Positions 22,442-32,395 of a DNA stretch of 44,713 nt are shown one piece after another. The stretch covers positions 1 through 44,713 of IMG/VR virus record IMGVR_UViG_3300043414_001003. The stretch is one strand, 5' to 3'. The position numbers and the translations under genes are program-made. The notes below the pieces were generated by a model. It worked only from the letters and a program-made list of their open reading frames with translations. It had not been told where the DNA came from and made no database searches. This DNA is from a virus (Duplodnaviria > Caudoviricetes). Each line of letters begins with the position of its first letter. Within the stretch, counting starts at the first letter, position 1.

Positions 22442-25393
22442 TTATTGAATCCAGCAATCACAGTTACACGTAATTACTTCTTCAATTGCTTGAGCAACTG
22501 TAAGTGATGCTGGCATTAATGATACAGATGTATATATTGGATTTAATGTCACTGGAATTAATGCAACATAAGGCGAACCACCTAAACTACCGGGTACGAT
22601 AGGGCCGCCACCTAAACTATTTGGTCCGCCACCTGCGCCGGGACCAGAAAAGAAACCACTAGGCGTGGGGTCGCCGCCGGGTAATCCACCTAATCCACCT
22701 AATCCACCTAATCCACCTAATCCACCTAATACACTACTTATACCTGCAGTACCTATACCAATATCACCACTCGGTACAGGTAAGTTGCCCGGTGTTCCTA
22801 TACCTAGTACAGCAGCAACTGTTGGGCTGGGTGCACCAAGTATAGTTGGTTCAGTAGCGGTAGTTTCCGGAGTGTTGGTTATTAAATAATTCTGTGTTTC
22901 CGGATCAAAATATCCGTTAGGCTTGGCAGCATCTGGATATGCCGGCGCAGATGCTGTGGGAACAGTCTCGCCGGGCGGAACCCAAGTAAGTTTTCCGTTT
23001 GCTACCACTTTAGTTAGTGATTCTATGGGGAATGTATCGGAGATAGTAACGTCTTGCATTATGCCTGCAGTGAGTAATCTCTCTTTGTTTCTCTCTGCTC
23101 TCATTCCACCTATTGTACTTTGGCCCGAAACTTTGCCCATGTCTGAGATAGCTTCTAACGTTTGTACGGCCATATTTGGTTCTGTTAATTTTGAATACAC
23201 AGGGATGGTATCTGTAAAACTATATAATATTATTGGCCAAGGATATATATCACCATAAGAAGGTCGTGTTGCCGGTTCGTTGGGTAGAGGTGGACCTTTT
23301 AAACCCAAGTTTCTAGCTTTTTGCTCAATAGTTAATTGTGTTCCTATATAGTCCCACATATCATTTAATTCAGTACTTAGGGTGGGATTACTCCCATTGA
23401 TTGAAACAATCTCAGCATTTGCATCATCTATATATTGTTGTACTATGGAATTCATAGGGCTACCCCAGCCTACTGTCAAATACGGAGAATTTACACCCGT
23501 CACATTATGGTCTGTTATTGGAGGATATTCAACTGAAGTGACTGTTGGTACAGATGTAGTATCAGTTCCCGGATTAAGTGTTCCTGGCTTAGCGCCTGTT
23601 ATTCTCCCATATGTGCCACCACCCTGAGATTGTGCTTCTAAAGGCTCTTGACCAATAGTACATGTAACTGAACCGCCGTTAGAAAAAGTAACTATTGGGC
23701 CGGGGGCGCCTTCCCTGAAATAACCGCCGCCTGGTGCACTAACCCTAATCCCTGTAACATGATAATAAGTCGTATACACCGGCGGTGGTCCAGGATCTGT
23801 TTGAACTTGATAGGTAGTGTAGGTAACCACGATTACTGGTGCATCCCAAGTAACTGCTAAAAATAATTGTTGATATATTCGCTTTAGTTTATCGGTCTGT
23901 AAATTAGTGATAGTGGGTTGAATTCTTTTTGCCCAAGGATATTTTAATCCAGACATACACCCAAAGAAATCAGAATAAGTATATGTTCCAAATGGTCCAC
24001 TTCCTAATGCTATCAATTTAAGTCCTGCTATTGCTTCAGGCTTATTAGTTGGTATATTAGTGCCGTTAGTTAAATTTAATCCAGCATTGGTAATTTCTAA
24101 AGTAGATGTTACTTGTGCAAATTTCTCAATAGGAACATTTTTTATATTTCTTATTTGTTGCATTGATGCAGAAAATGCCCCTGCTGCAATAGCTAAATCA
24201 TTTGGCAAAATACCATCAAGATATGATCCAAACCCTTCAGGTAGTACTTGAGCAGCGGCAGATGGCATGCTATTGGCTGTGTTTGGTAACGGAGTCCCCG
24301 GAGGAATAGTTGTTCCTACTAGTGATTTTATTGCAGGAGATGACAATGATGAATTCAATCCAGAACCAGAAAATATAGGGTAATATGTTTTGCTATTGGT
24401 TGGTCCTGGTGTAGCATTGTAAATAGGCACGGTTAATGTTTGATAACTATTTGGGAATAATTTTTTTACATCAAGCAAATCTGCTATTGTTACAAGACCC
24501 TGTGTATTACAGTTGAGAGAAACAAGTATCGCAGCTAAATCTACCCCGGTTAGTATTAAGAAAGCTGCATATATTTTCTGTTGTTGTTCTTTAGTTACAT
24601 TACTATTAGCTGTTATTTGGTCAATTTCGTTAGGGGACAGTCCAACTGATAGCAATGCAACTGACACTGCCGGAGTCATTGCATTGTATTTTTTAAGGGT
24701 TGACAACAAGTTAGACGGGTACCCAAATGTAATGATAGTAGATAAATCTAATGACTTTCCTAAATTTATCAAATCTCTACCAAATACTTGTGTAGCTAAA
24801 CTTACATTGGTTATGTCAGCCGTAGTAAGGTCATTCATATTGCTATAAGTGCCCTCTAAATAATCCAATGAGTTTTGTGATGACATTATAGCACGATTTG
24901 AATAATCAATGAATGACCCTGAGGTTATGAATGATCCACAGAAGTCATTGTATTTTCCGCTTAATGCTAACGTATTATTATAATTAAACTCATTATAACC
25001 TTGCCACGGATACAATTTTACGTAACCCCATTGAGTCGCTATTCTAGTAGGCGGGGAGGTAGTCCATTGTACAGCCCAATTTGGACTTTCTGTGTGAGTA
25101 TATGTTTTGGGAGGTCGAGTATTCCCTAATCCAGGTATAGTGTTAGTACCTATATTAATAATATTATAATACACCCCTGAGTTTACTACGCCTCTAGCAT
25201 AAGCATCATTAATTGAATAGGTGACCCAAAACAAACAAGTACTGCTTATGACTGATCCAAAAGTGTAATTAGTAGCGGTGGTGCTATAACCAGCCGCAGC
25301 AACAGTAGGTGGATTAAGACAATAGCCGTTACCTTGGAGTATTCCACTCGTTATGTTAACACCTAACGGGGTTTGTTTTCCAGTATCACTCAT
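22442..25393 (-). CDS. Large putative virion (baseplate/tail) protein
   Basis: 983 aa, Thr/Pro/Gly-rich, coupled to PAAR; C-terminal CNCDCW. Function inferred from context only. Confidence 0.55.
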   Translation of the reverse strand: MSDTGKQTPLGVNITSGILQGNGYCLNPPTVAAAGYSTTATNYTFGSVISSTCLFWVTYSINDAYARGVVNSGVYYNIINIGTNTIPGLGNTRPPKTYTHTESPNWAVQWTTSPPTRIATQWGYVKLYPWQGYNEFNYNNTLALSGKYNDFCGSFITSGSFIDYSNRAIMSSQNSLDYLEGTYSNMNDLTTADITNVSLATQVFGRDLINLGKSLDLSTIITFGYPSNLLSTLKKYNAMTPAVSVALLSVGLSPNEIDQITANSNVTKEQQQKIYAAFLILTGVDLAAILVSLNCNTQGLVTIADLLDVKKLFPNSYQTLTVPIYNATPGPTNSKTYYPIFSGSGLNSSLSSPAIKSLVGTTIPPGTPLPNTANSMPSAAAQVLPEGFGSYLDGILPNDLAIAAGAFSASMQQIRNIKNVPIEKFAQVTSTLEITNAGLNLTNGTNIPTNKPEAIAGLKLIALGSGPFGTYTYSDFFGCMSGLKYPWAKRIQPTITNLQTDKLKRIYQQLFLAVTWDAPVIVVTYTTYQVQTDPGPPPVYTTYYHVTGIRVSAPGGGYFREGAPGPIVTFSNGGSVTCTIGQEPLEAQSQGGGTYGRITGAKPGTLNPGTDTTSVPTVTSVEYPPITDHNVTGVNSPYLTVGWGSPMNSIVQQYIDDANAEIVSINGSNPTLSTELNDMWDYIGTQLTIEQKARNLGLKGPPLPNEPATRPSYGDIYPWPIILYSFTDTIPVYSKLTEPNMAVQTLEAISDMGKVSGQSTIGGMRAERNKERLLTAGIMQDVTISDTFPIESLTKVVANGKLTWVPPGETVPTASAPAYPDAAKPNGYFDPETQNYLITNTPETTATEPTILGAPSPTVAAVLGIGTPGNLPVPSGDIGIGTAGISSVLGGLGGLGGLGGLGGLPGGDPTPSGFFSGPGAGGGPNSLGGGPIVPGSLGGSPYVALIPVTLNPIYTSVSLMPASLTVAQAIEEVITCNCDCWIQ
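22682..22730. repeat. 9-bp tandem repeat (TAATCCACC)x5 plus partial copy, encoding (GGL)n
   Basis: Five identical units read directly. Confidence 0.95.
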
Positions 25394-25671
25394 GGTACAA
25401 ATATATCAGGACTGCCTTGGACGATACTATGACCGCAAGAGTTGCCTGACCCTATTCTCAACACGGAACTTCCCTCTGCAAACACACTAGGGCTACCCTG
25501 AATTGTAGTCGGGGCATCGTGCGGAGGATGCGGAGGTCCCCAGGGCGCATGAGAAGTCATTTGACTTACATGTAAACCTACAGGAATGCCATTAGCAAAT
25601 ACCGTGCCGGCGCCGCGTATAATTTGCCCGCCGGTTTGATTTGCATCACCTTTCCTACTCAATGCTGTCAT
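25390..25671 (-). CDS. PAAR-domain spike tip protein
   Basis: RKGD, TVFANG, H...H, GSPSVFAEG and CGHSIVQGSPDIFV (T4 gp5.4-like). Confidence 0.88.
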   Translation of the reverse strand: MTALSRKGDANQTGGQIIRGAGTVFANGIPVGLHVSQMTSHAPWGPPHPPHDAPTTIQGSPSVFAEGSSVLRIGSGNSCGHSIVQGSPDIFVP

Positions 25672-25674
25672 TCA

Positions 25675-25968
25675 TTATCCCATAACAATTTTCTTATCTG
25701 GCAATTTAATACCAGTAGTTGCTTCAATATACTTATCTTTGATGTTATCATCAGTATTTGCATAAAACGCAATCGCACTAGTATTTAGTGTTACGTTTCC
25801 ACGCTGTTCAGCGGTGAACATGCTGGGAATCATCTGCATACCCTGTTGACTGGGGGCGATACTTACTGGTTCTGTAATAATAACGTTAGTTTGACCTATT
25901 TCTAAAACTTTGGCAATCATTTCTTCACCGCTGTTTAATTTGAATGTATATACTTTTCCTGTTTCCAT
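25675..25968 (-). CDS. Hypothetical phage protein (Sm-like fold suspected)
   Basis: FKLNSGEEMIAKV N-terminus, typical of small T4-like proteins. Confidence 0.7.
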   Translation of the reverse strand: METGKVYTFKLNSGEEMIAKVLEIGQTNVIITEPVSIAPSQQGMQMIPSMFTAEQRGNVTLNTSAIAFYANTDDNIKDKYIEATTGIKLPDKKIVMG

Positions 25969-26198
25969 TAGACACTTTCTGTTAATTTTTGTTTGAGTTC
26001 TGTAAACCCACCCACAAGTTCTCCGTCTAGGAAAATTTGTGGAACTGATCGGGCATTTGGAACTGCCTCTAATAATTCTTCTTTACTGTAACCATCGCCA
26101 ATTTTCTTTTCTTCAAATTGTATCCCTTTGCTTGTTAACAATGCTTTCGCTTGGTCACAATAAGGGCAGTGGTACTTACTCCAGATAACTGCTTTCAT
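25968..26198 (-). CDS. Glutaredoxin
   Basis: CPYC, SVPQIF and VGGF; adjacent to nrdB. Confidence 0.95.
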   Translation of the reverse strand: MKAVIWSKYHCPYCDQAKALLTSKGIQFEEKKIGDGYSKEELLEAVPNARSVPQIFLDGELVGGFTELKQKLTESV

Positions 26199-26209
26199 AT
26201 TATTTCCTT

Positions 26210-27313
26210 TTATAAACTTGGTAGTTGGTCGTAATCAAGTGATTCACTCATTACACCCAACACATAATTAGTTGATTCATTCTCTTGTAGTGCTGTTTGC
26301 TTCTTGCTTGTATCACTATGCTTATTGAACCAAGGTATAGGAGTACTCTTTGGACTGTTGCCCTGATACTTAATACCTATCTCTTTCAATGCTCCTACTG
26401 CTGTGTAATCAACAAAGTCTTTTAACACATTAGCATTTAATCCAATGACTGGACCTTTGTTAAACAAGTAATCTGCCCAGGTTTTTTCTTCACGTATTAC
26501 GTCAGCATATAATTGATAGACTTCACTTTCGCATTCTTGCTTAATAGCTGCGAAACGACTATCCTCTTTAATCACTTGATTAATAAGATAAGCAGTCCAG
26601 CCTTTATGTAAAAGTTCATCTTGGAGAATTAAACTGATAATGTTACCATTACCAATAAAGATTTTGTTCTCAACCATTGCTAGTGATGTAGCAAATGATA
26701 CCATAAAGCGGAATGCTTCCAAAGCGTAACTGGCATGTAATGCCATCCAAATTGCTTTAACATGAGATGTTTCTGTAACAGTGTTTGGACTGATCTCTTT
26801 AAAGCAATTTAATTGATGTAGTTTTTCATAGTAGTTACCAACACTACTAGCCATATTAATTATTTCTTGTGTGTCATGTATAGTATTGAATACTTCTTTA
26901 GGCACATTATAGATGTTACGAATGATATGACTATAACTCTTACTATGAATGTTAGTCTCAAAGAAACTCCAGTTATATATCAATGCTTCAAGTTCTGGTA
27001 ATGATACAACAGGGGTGAATACTTGACTTGGTGCTCGTCCTTGTAAACTATCTAATGCTGTTTGTCGTAGTAAGTTACTAGTAAAGATATGTTTAACGGC
27101 ATCACTGGCTTCTTTGAAATCATTCGCATCTTTGGTTAAACTAATCTCTTCCGGTTGCCAAAAGAATCCTCTTGCTGTTTCTTCAAACTTAGCAATCTTT
27201 GGATACTTAACTTCTTCAAAACGTTGAATAGTAACTGGGCCCGCAGGGTCTAGAAACATCTTACGACTTAAGTAATCTGTCTTTGTGTTTAGGTTATACT
27301 GTGCTTGGCTCAT
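26210..27313 (-). CDS. nrdB: Ribonucleotide reductase class Ia beta subunit
   Basis: FFWQPEEI, QTALDS, ETNIHSKSY, LEAFRF, DELLH and C-terminal QENE..Y. Confidence 0.96.
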   Translation of the reverse strand: MSQAQYNLNTKTDYLSRKMFLDPAGPVTIQRFEEVKYPKIAKFEETARGFFWQPEEISLTKDANDFKEASDAVKHIFTSNLLRQTALDSLQGRAPSQVFTPVVSLPELEALIYNWSFFETNIHSKSYSHIIRNIYNVPKEVFNTIHDTQEIINMASSVGNYYEKLHQLNCFKEISPNTVTETSHVKAIWMALHASYALEAFRFMVSFATSLAMVENKIFIGNGNIISLILQDELLHKGWTAYLINQVIKEDSRFAAIKQECESEVYQLYADVIREEKTWADYLFNKGPVIGLNANVLKDFVDYTAVGALKEIGIKYQGNSPKSTPIPWFNKHSDTSKKQTALQENESTNYVLGVMSESLDYDQLPSL

Positions 27314-29628
27314 AATTTACAACTTTCGCAATCTTCTTCATTATCAAAATCTATTGGCTCTAACATTGTAGGAAGTTCTTCTGCATCCGCTTTACTGCCT
27401 GCCTTATTTATAAGGCTATAATAAAAGGTCTTGATACCAAAGTAATGTGCCTGCATCAAGTTCTTTGCTATCAATGTAGTTGGAACTTTTCTGTCAGTAA
27501 AATGTTTGGGGTTATAAAAAGTATTTACAGATATAGCCTGATCTACATAAGCCGCTAATACTGCTGCTGTCTTTAAGTAACCATCACAGTCTTTCTGTTC
27601 CCACATCAATTGATACTTGTTCTTTAGTTTGTGATACTCTGGGACAACTTGTGTGAAACTACCTGCTTTAGATTCTTTAACACTAATCAAACTCATTGGC
27701 ATCTCAATACCGTTTGTTGAATTGATAACTACACTACTTGATTCTACAGGAGCGATAGCCATTTGTGTAGCATTACGGACACCGTGTTCTTTCATGCTAG
27801 CACGTAATGTTTCCCAGTCTAATTCTGGTTGAAAGTCTGTTAATTGATTAACACCTTTGGCTCTTAGTTCCCAGGGGAATACACCTTGACCATAACGTGT
27901 CTTATCGCTACCTTCACACTTGCCGCGTTCTTTAGCAAGTTCTACTGACGCTTCTGTTAGATAGTATGCTAAATGTTCTGCCCAAATTTTAACTTCGGCT
28001 AATGAATCTTTTTCACCATACTTCAAGCTACGCTTTGCATGCCAGTATGCTAGGTTAGTGACACCAATGCCCAATGGACGAATCTCATCGTTGCTTAGTT
28101 TAGACTGGATGGAAAGAAAGTCCTGATAATCCAGTATATTGTTAAGACTCCTATGTAGAATGCGACAAGCGCGGCGCATATCTTCGGGATTACGGAAGGC
28201 TCCCCAATTGATACTTCCGAGAGTACAGAGAGCGATACGTCCTTCCTTATCGTCAAGTCTCTTAAATGATTTTGTTGGTAAAAGTATTTCACAGCATAAA
28301 TTACTCTGGTAAATTGTATGATACTCTGGATCAAATGGACCCTGCTTCATTACATTATCAATGAATACTAGATAGATTCTACCTGTATCTGTACGTTCTT
28401 TTAGTATTCCACTTTTGAATACCTCTTCGGCATTCATTGTCTTTTTGCGTAAGTCTTTACGCTTTTCGTATTTAGTATAAAGTTCTTCAAAACGTTCGGT
28501 GTTGCTATAGAATGCTTCATATAGATCGGGCACTTCGTTAGGGTCAAAGAATGTTATATTCTCTTTGTTCTTAAATCTACGCCAGAAGAAAGCACTAAGT
28601 ACTACGCCATAATCCATATGACGTACACGAGTTTCTTCTGTGCCTTGATTGTTTTTAAGAACAATAAGATCATCAAACTGATGATGCCATATAGGGTAAA
28701 AGACAGTGGCGGATGCATTTCTTATTCCACCTTGACTACAACTACGCAAGTCACCAAACCATTTCTTTAAGAAAGGTATCATACCGGTGTGCATGATTTC
28801 ACCACCGCGAATGGGTGAGCCTAACGGGCGTAATCTTCCAATCTCTAGTCCAATGCCAGCACGTTTGCTAGCATACTTTGCCATCATCTCTCCTGAAGCA
28901 AAGATACTGTCCAAATCATCGTCACTGCGAATAAGCACACAACTACTAAATTGCTTAGTTGGAGTTCCCAGGCCAGCAAGCACAGGGGTAGCCAATGTAA
29001 AAAGACCATCACTAGCAGCATTGTAGTATTCTTTGATGTACCTGAGTCTTGCGTTGTTTGGTTCTTCTTTATGAAAGACAGTGGCTGCTGCAACCATGTA
29101 GCGAACTTGGGGAGTTTCATAGATTTCCTTTGTGCTTCTATTCTTAACTAAGTATTTTTCAATGAGTTGTTCAATGGCGGCATAACTATATTGTTCATCT
29201 TTAGAATGATCAATCAAATCATTCATCTTTTGCCAATCATCTTCAGTATACCATTCTAGTAATTCTTTTGTGTATAATCCAGTCTCTACATTCTTTTTAA
29301 CGATATCGTAGAGGTGGGGAGGTTCATATGAGCCATAAACGTCTTTACGCAACATACTCATACGTTGCTTCCCGGCTACATATTGATAGTTTGTGTGACC
29401 AACATCAGTGTTTGATTCTACGTCAATCAAATCAACGATTGCCCTAAGTGTTATATTATCTATTTGATTTGTGGTAATGCCGTCATAGAAGTGTAATTGA
29501 GATTTAATCTCAATCATACTTGGGCTTACATCTGCTATTCCGTTACATACTTTTGCTACTTGTGCTTGCCACTTCTCCAACATTAACGGCTCTTTTTTAC
29601 CATTACGTTTTAAGACATTTATAATCAT
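27310..29628 (-). CDS. nrdA: Ribonucleotide reductase class Ia alpha subunit
   Basis: N-terminal ATP cone, SSCVL, SNLCCEI, ALCTL, TFYY and C-terminal CESC. Confidence 0.97.
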   Translation of the reverse strand: MIINVLKRNGKKEPLMLEKWQAQVAKVCNGIADVSPSMIEIKSQLHFYDGITTNQIDNITLRAIVDLIDVESNTDVGHTNYQYVAGKQRMSMLRKDVYGSYEPPHLYDIVKKNVETGLYTKELLEWYTEDDWQKMNDLIDHSKDEQYSYAAIEQLIEKYLVKNRSTKEIYETPQVRYMVAAATVFHKEEPNNARLRYIKEYYNAASDGLFTLATPVLAGLGTPTKQFSSCVLIRSDDDLDSIFASGEMMAKYASKRAGIGLEIGRLRPLGSPIRGGEIMHTGMIPFLKKWFGDLRSCSQGGIRNASATVFYPIWHHQFDDLIVLKNNQGTEETRVRHMDYGVVLSAFFWRRFKNKENITFFDPNEVPDLYEAFYSNTERFEELYTKYEKRKDLRKKTMNAEEVFKSGILKERTDTGRIYLVFIDNVMKQGPFDPEYHTIYQSNLCCEILLPTKSFKRLDDKEGRIALCTLGSINWGAFRNPEDMRRACRILHRSLNNILDYQDFLSIQSKLSNDEIRPLGIGVTNLAYWHAKRSLKYGEKDSLAEVKIWAEHLAYYLTEASVELAKERGKCEGSDKTRYGQGVFPWELRAKGVNQLTDFQPELDWETLRASMKEHGVRNATQMAIAPVESSSVVINSTNGIEMPMSLISVKESKAGSFTQVVPEYHKLKNKYQLMWEQKDCDGYLKTAAVLAAYVDQAISVNTFYNPKHFTDRKVPTTLIAKNLMQAHYFGIKTFYYSLINKAGSKADAEELPTMLEPIDFDNEEDCESCKL

Positions 29629-29638
29629 TTTACACCTA

Positions 29639-30076
29639 TTATATTTTTATATTTATTTTAGTCATATCTATGTGACTAGCCAATTTGAAATCGTTTAGAC
29701 TATTACTTATGACCGTATTAGGGTAGTAATTACATATATATTTTGCGCTATCGACCATGACTAAGGCACATTCTTCACTATTATCGTCTATTGCGAGGCA
29801 AAAGTCAATGTCTTTGATGCCCACTAATTGTAGTGTATAGACCATTCCTAGGCCCCTAGCGATTTGACAGTAGTTATTTTCTACTAATAAATCCCATGGA
29901 CCGGGCCAGTTATCTATATCATTTGGGTGCAGATGATGATTAACTAGTGGTGCTTTTTGCCACCAGTTATCTATTGCTAGACAAGATGTTTTTATATCTT
30001 TGTCGTCTAAGGATTTTCTTAAGTCGTACCAACTCTTAAGTCTTGCTTCATAGTTTAATTGAAATACATTAGTCAC
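29639..30076 (-). CDS. Hypothetical phage protein
   Basis: 145 aa ORF with GTG start, 4 nt after a TAAGTA promoter variant. Confidence 0.7.
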   Translation of the reverse strand: MTNVFQLNYEARLKSWYDLRKSLDDKDIKTSCLAIDNWWQKAPLVNHHLHPNDIDNWPGPWDLLVENNYCQIARGLGMVYTLQLVGIKDIDFCLAIDDNSEECALVMVDSAKYICNYYPNTVISNSLNDFKLASHIDMTKINIKI

Positions 30077-30110
30077 TCTCTACTTATCATTTATTGATAA
30101 TGATAGAAAA

Positions 30111-30464
30111 TTAGACTGTTGGGTGTTCCACCCAGGATAATGTTTCTTCATTCCAACTATATTGTTTACCATTATCGGGCATTTCTGTGGGTGCTTTCCA
30201 CAAGCAAGTATCCTCATCTAATACCCAACTATTGTATATCTTAGGTGGAATAAAAGCATCACGCTCGTTATCATACGTATATCCAACCCCAGCATAATTT
30301 TTACGCAATGGGGTGCCACCTAATACATGGCGACCACCTAGTGTGTTGTAACTTGTTTGTACCCAGAGACTAGTATCACCAAATAATCCAGTGTCTAGTA
30401 CATCTTGTTCTACTACAATAACTTGAGTTACTGTACCGTTTTCTACTTTTGCAAAATGACTCAT
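30111..30464 (-). CDS. Small tail-associated protein (MSHFAK family), copy 1
   Basis: TSYNT, PLRKNYAG, AFIPPK and Trp-rich C-terminus; paralogue of 32026..32388. Confidence 0.75.
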   Translation of the reverse strand: MSHFAKVENGTVTQVIVVEQDVLDTGLFGDTSLWVQTSYNTLGGRHVLGGTPLRKNYAGVGYTYDNERDAFIPPKIYNSWVLDEDTCLWKAPTEMPDNGKQYSWNEETLSWVEHPTV

Positions 30465-30495
30465 ATTCTTTCCTCTTAGTATATTTATTAAAAAA

Positions 30496-32022
30496 TTAAG
30501 TTCCCAATATTATTCCATACTTCCCGGACAAATATTGTTCAATTAACTCACATTCGGGTGTGGTTAATGTTCTATTATAAACAATACATTCTACAGTTTG
30601 GAAATCACTGTATTCTGGAAATAGTCCAGGATTATTGTTAATGCTTAAACGTCCAAACGACGGTGATCCAGCACCAGTTGTTGATCTAACAATACCATTC
30701 GTTCTTACAGTAGTGTTTTGATCTGTGGTTATAAACCAATTGTTTCCATAGTAATCAGTTGAATGATCGGTCATCCATCCATTGTGATAGTATTGTCCAG
30801 AATCACCACCTTGATGTCCTGATAACCAATTTGTATCATATGCTTGATATATTCTATTTGACGCTACACCAGCATATCTTGTTACATGTAACAATGTATA
30901 TGTGCTTGGTAATACAGATGCTGGCCATAATATACTATCACTTGGTGTACCTGTTATTGCTGAAGTTATATTAGTAGAAGCATGTCCGGCTGGGGCTGCT
31001 GAGATAGTTACACCACTAATTGTTGCATCATTAAAGTTAGTTGATATATCTATCCATAATGAATCTTCTAGTGATATTGAATTCATATCATACCAGCCAA
31101 CTAATCCACTAATATGTGTTGGCAATGTGGGGAATGTTATTGTTCCAGAACTAGTCCATTTGTATATCCAAGATAGACCATTGTAGATTACTGTTGGGTT
31201 ACCGGTAGTAATTGCTTCAGAGTGAGATGCGCTATATTTCATAATTACGACGCCACTTCCGCCGTTATAACCACCATCTACGCCAGCAGTGCCTCCACCG
31301 CCCCCGCCACCACCACCAGTGGCTGCTATACCATCATGTCCGGGGCTAGTTCCTGCGCCTTTTCCTCCGCCACCTAATCCACCTTGTCCACCATCGCCTC
31401 CGGCTCCTGACCCTATCAATACGCCGCCACCACCACCGCCACCATAGTATTTTACATCACCTTCGGCAATAGTTGAAGATATACCTGCGCCGCCGGCGCC
31501 GCCCCCAATGGATGTGTCGCTACTACCGGGTGCGGTTGCACCGCCTCCCCCAGCACTTCTAAACATTGTGTAACTTGAATATATGTTACCACCATCATTG
31601 CCCTGACCAGCAACACCATTGCCCGGGAAGTTAAGAGGTATACCACCTCCACCAGACCCGCCGTCATTGCCGTCATTGTTACCATTGGGAGGTCCACCTG
31701 CGCCACCACCTCCGCCATATGCTAAGCCAAGAGTTGATGTATCTGGGTTTATTATTTCTGAATCTTCTCCGTTATCACCTGCACCAAGTGCTATTTTAGA
31801 TGTATTGCCTGCACCACCTGCACCCACACTGATAAGAAATGTTCCGGGAGTATATGTATAACTGTTTAGTATTACGCCACCTGCGCCTCCACCGCCACCA
31901 TAGCGTGAGCCGCCGCCGCCACCGCCTGCGACTATAAGATATTCAACGGTGTTTAATTCTATACTTGAATTAAAATCTATGCCGCCATCGATTGTTACAC
32001 CTTCAATATTAATTCTAGGCAT
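30496..32022 (-). CDS. Glycine-rich virion protein with C-terminal lectin/LamG-like domain
   Basis: EYLIVAGGGGGG...GGSGVVI...WTSSGTITF module followed by an LVGWYD...YNRTLT...YLSGKYGI domain. Confidence 0.7.
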   Translation of the reverse strand: MPRINIEGVTIDGGIDFNSSIELNTVEYLIVAGGGGGGSRYGGGGGAGGVILNSYTYTPGTFLISVGAGGAGNTSKIALGAGDNGEDSEIINPDTSTLGLAYGGGGGAGGPPNGNNDGNDGGSGGGGIPLNFPGNGVAGQGNDGGNIYSSYTMFRSAGGGGATAPGSSDTSIGGGAGGAGISSTIAEGDVKYYGGGGGGGVLIGSGAGGDGGQGGLGGGGKGAGTSPGHDGIAATGGGGGGGGGTAGVDGGYNGGSGVVIMKYSASHSEAITTGNPTVIYNGLSWIYKWTSSGTITFPTLPTHISGLVGWYDMNSISLEDSLWIDISTNFNDATISGVTISAAPAGHASTNITSAITGTPSDSILWPASVLPSTYTLLHVTRYAGVASNRIYQAYDTNWLSGHQGGDSGQYYHNGWMTDHSTDYYGNNWFITTDQNTTVRTNGIVRSTTGAGSPSFGRLSINNNPGLFPEYSDFQTVECIVYNRTLTTPECELIEQYLSGKYGIILGT

Positions 32023-32025
32023 AAC

Positions 32026-32388
32026 TTATCCTTTGGGTCTAGATTCAATCCAGAAGCCAGCATCTTCATTCCATTGAAAGAATGATCCTTTTTTAGTTGG
32101 CATTGGTAATGGCGGTTCCCATTGACAAGTATCTTCATTTAATACCCAACTATCATATGGCTTTGGTGGGATGAATGCTTTTCTTTTTTTATCGTAAGTA
32201 TAACTTAGTCCGGCATAGTTTTTTCTTAGTGGTTTTCCACCTAAACTATGTTCTCCCCCATGTGTATTGTAACTTGTTTTAATCCAAGATTTAGGATCAC
32301 CAAATAAGCCACTATCAATCACATCTTTTTCTATAACAAGAATTTTGACTACTTTATTGTTTTTGTCAATTTTTGCGTAGTGACTCAT
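32026..32388 (-). CDS. Small tail-associated protein (MSHYAK family), copy 2
   Basis: Same motifs as 30111..30464. Confidence 0.75.
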   Translation of the reverse strand: MSHYAKIDKNNKVVKILVIEKDVIDSGLFGDPKSWIKTSYNTHGGEHSLGGKPLRKNYAGLSYTYDKKRKAFIPPKPYDSWVLNEDTCQWEPPLPMPTKKGSFFQWNEDAGFWIESRPKG

Positions 32389-32395
32389 GTTTTTA

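Noticed and set aside
26210-29628. Introns, inteins or homing endonucleases in nrdA/nrdB
   Set aside because: Both ORFs are continuous and of normal length.
30084-30114. Fur-box-like GATAATGATA upstream of the nrd block
   Set aside because: Only about 12 of 19 positions match, in very AT-rich sequence; insufficient support.
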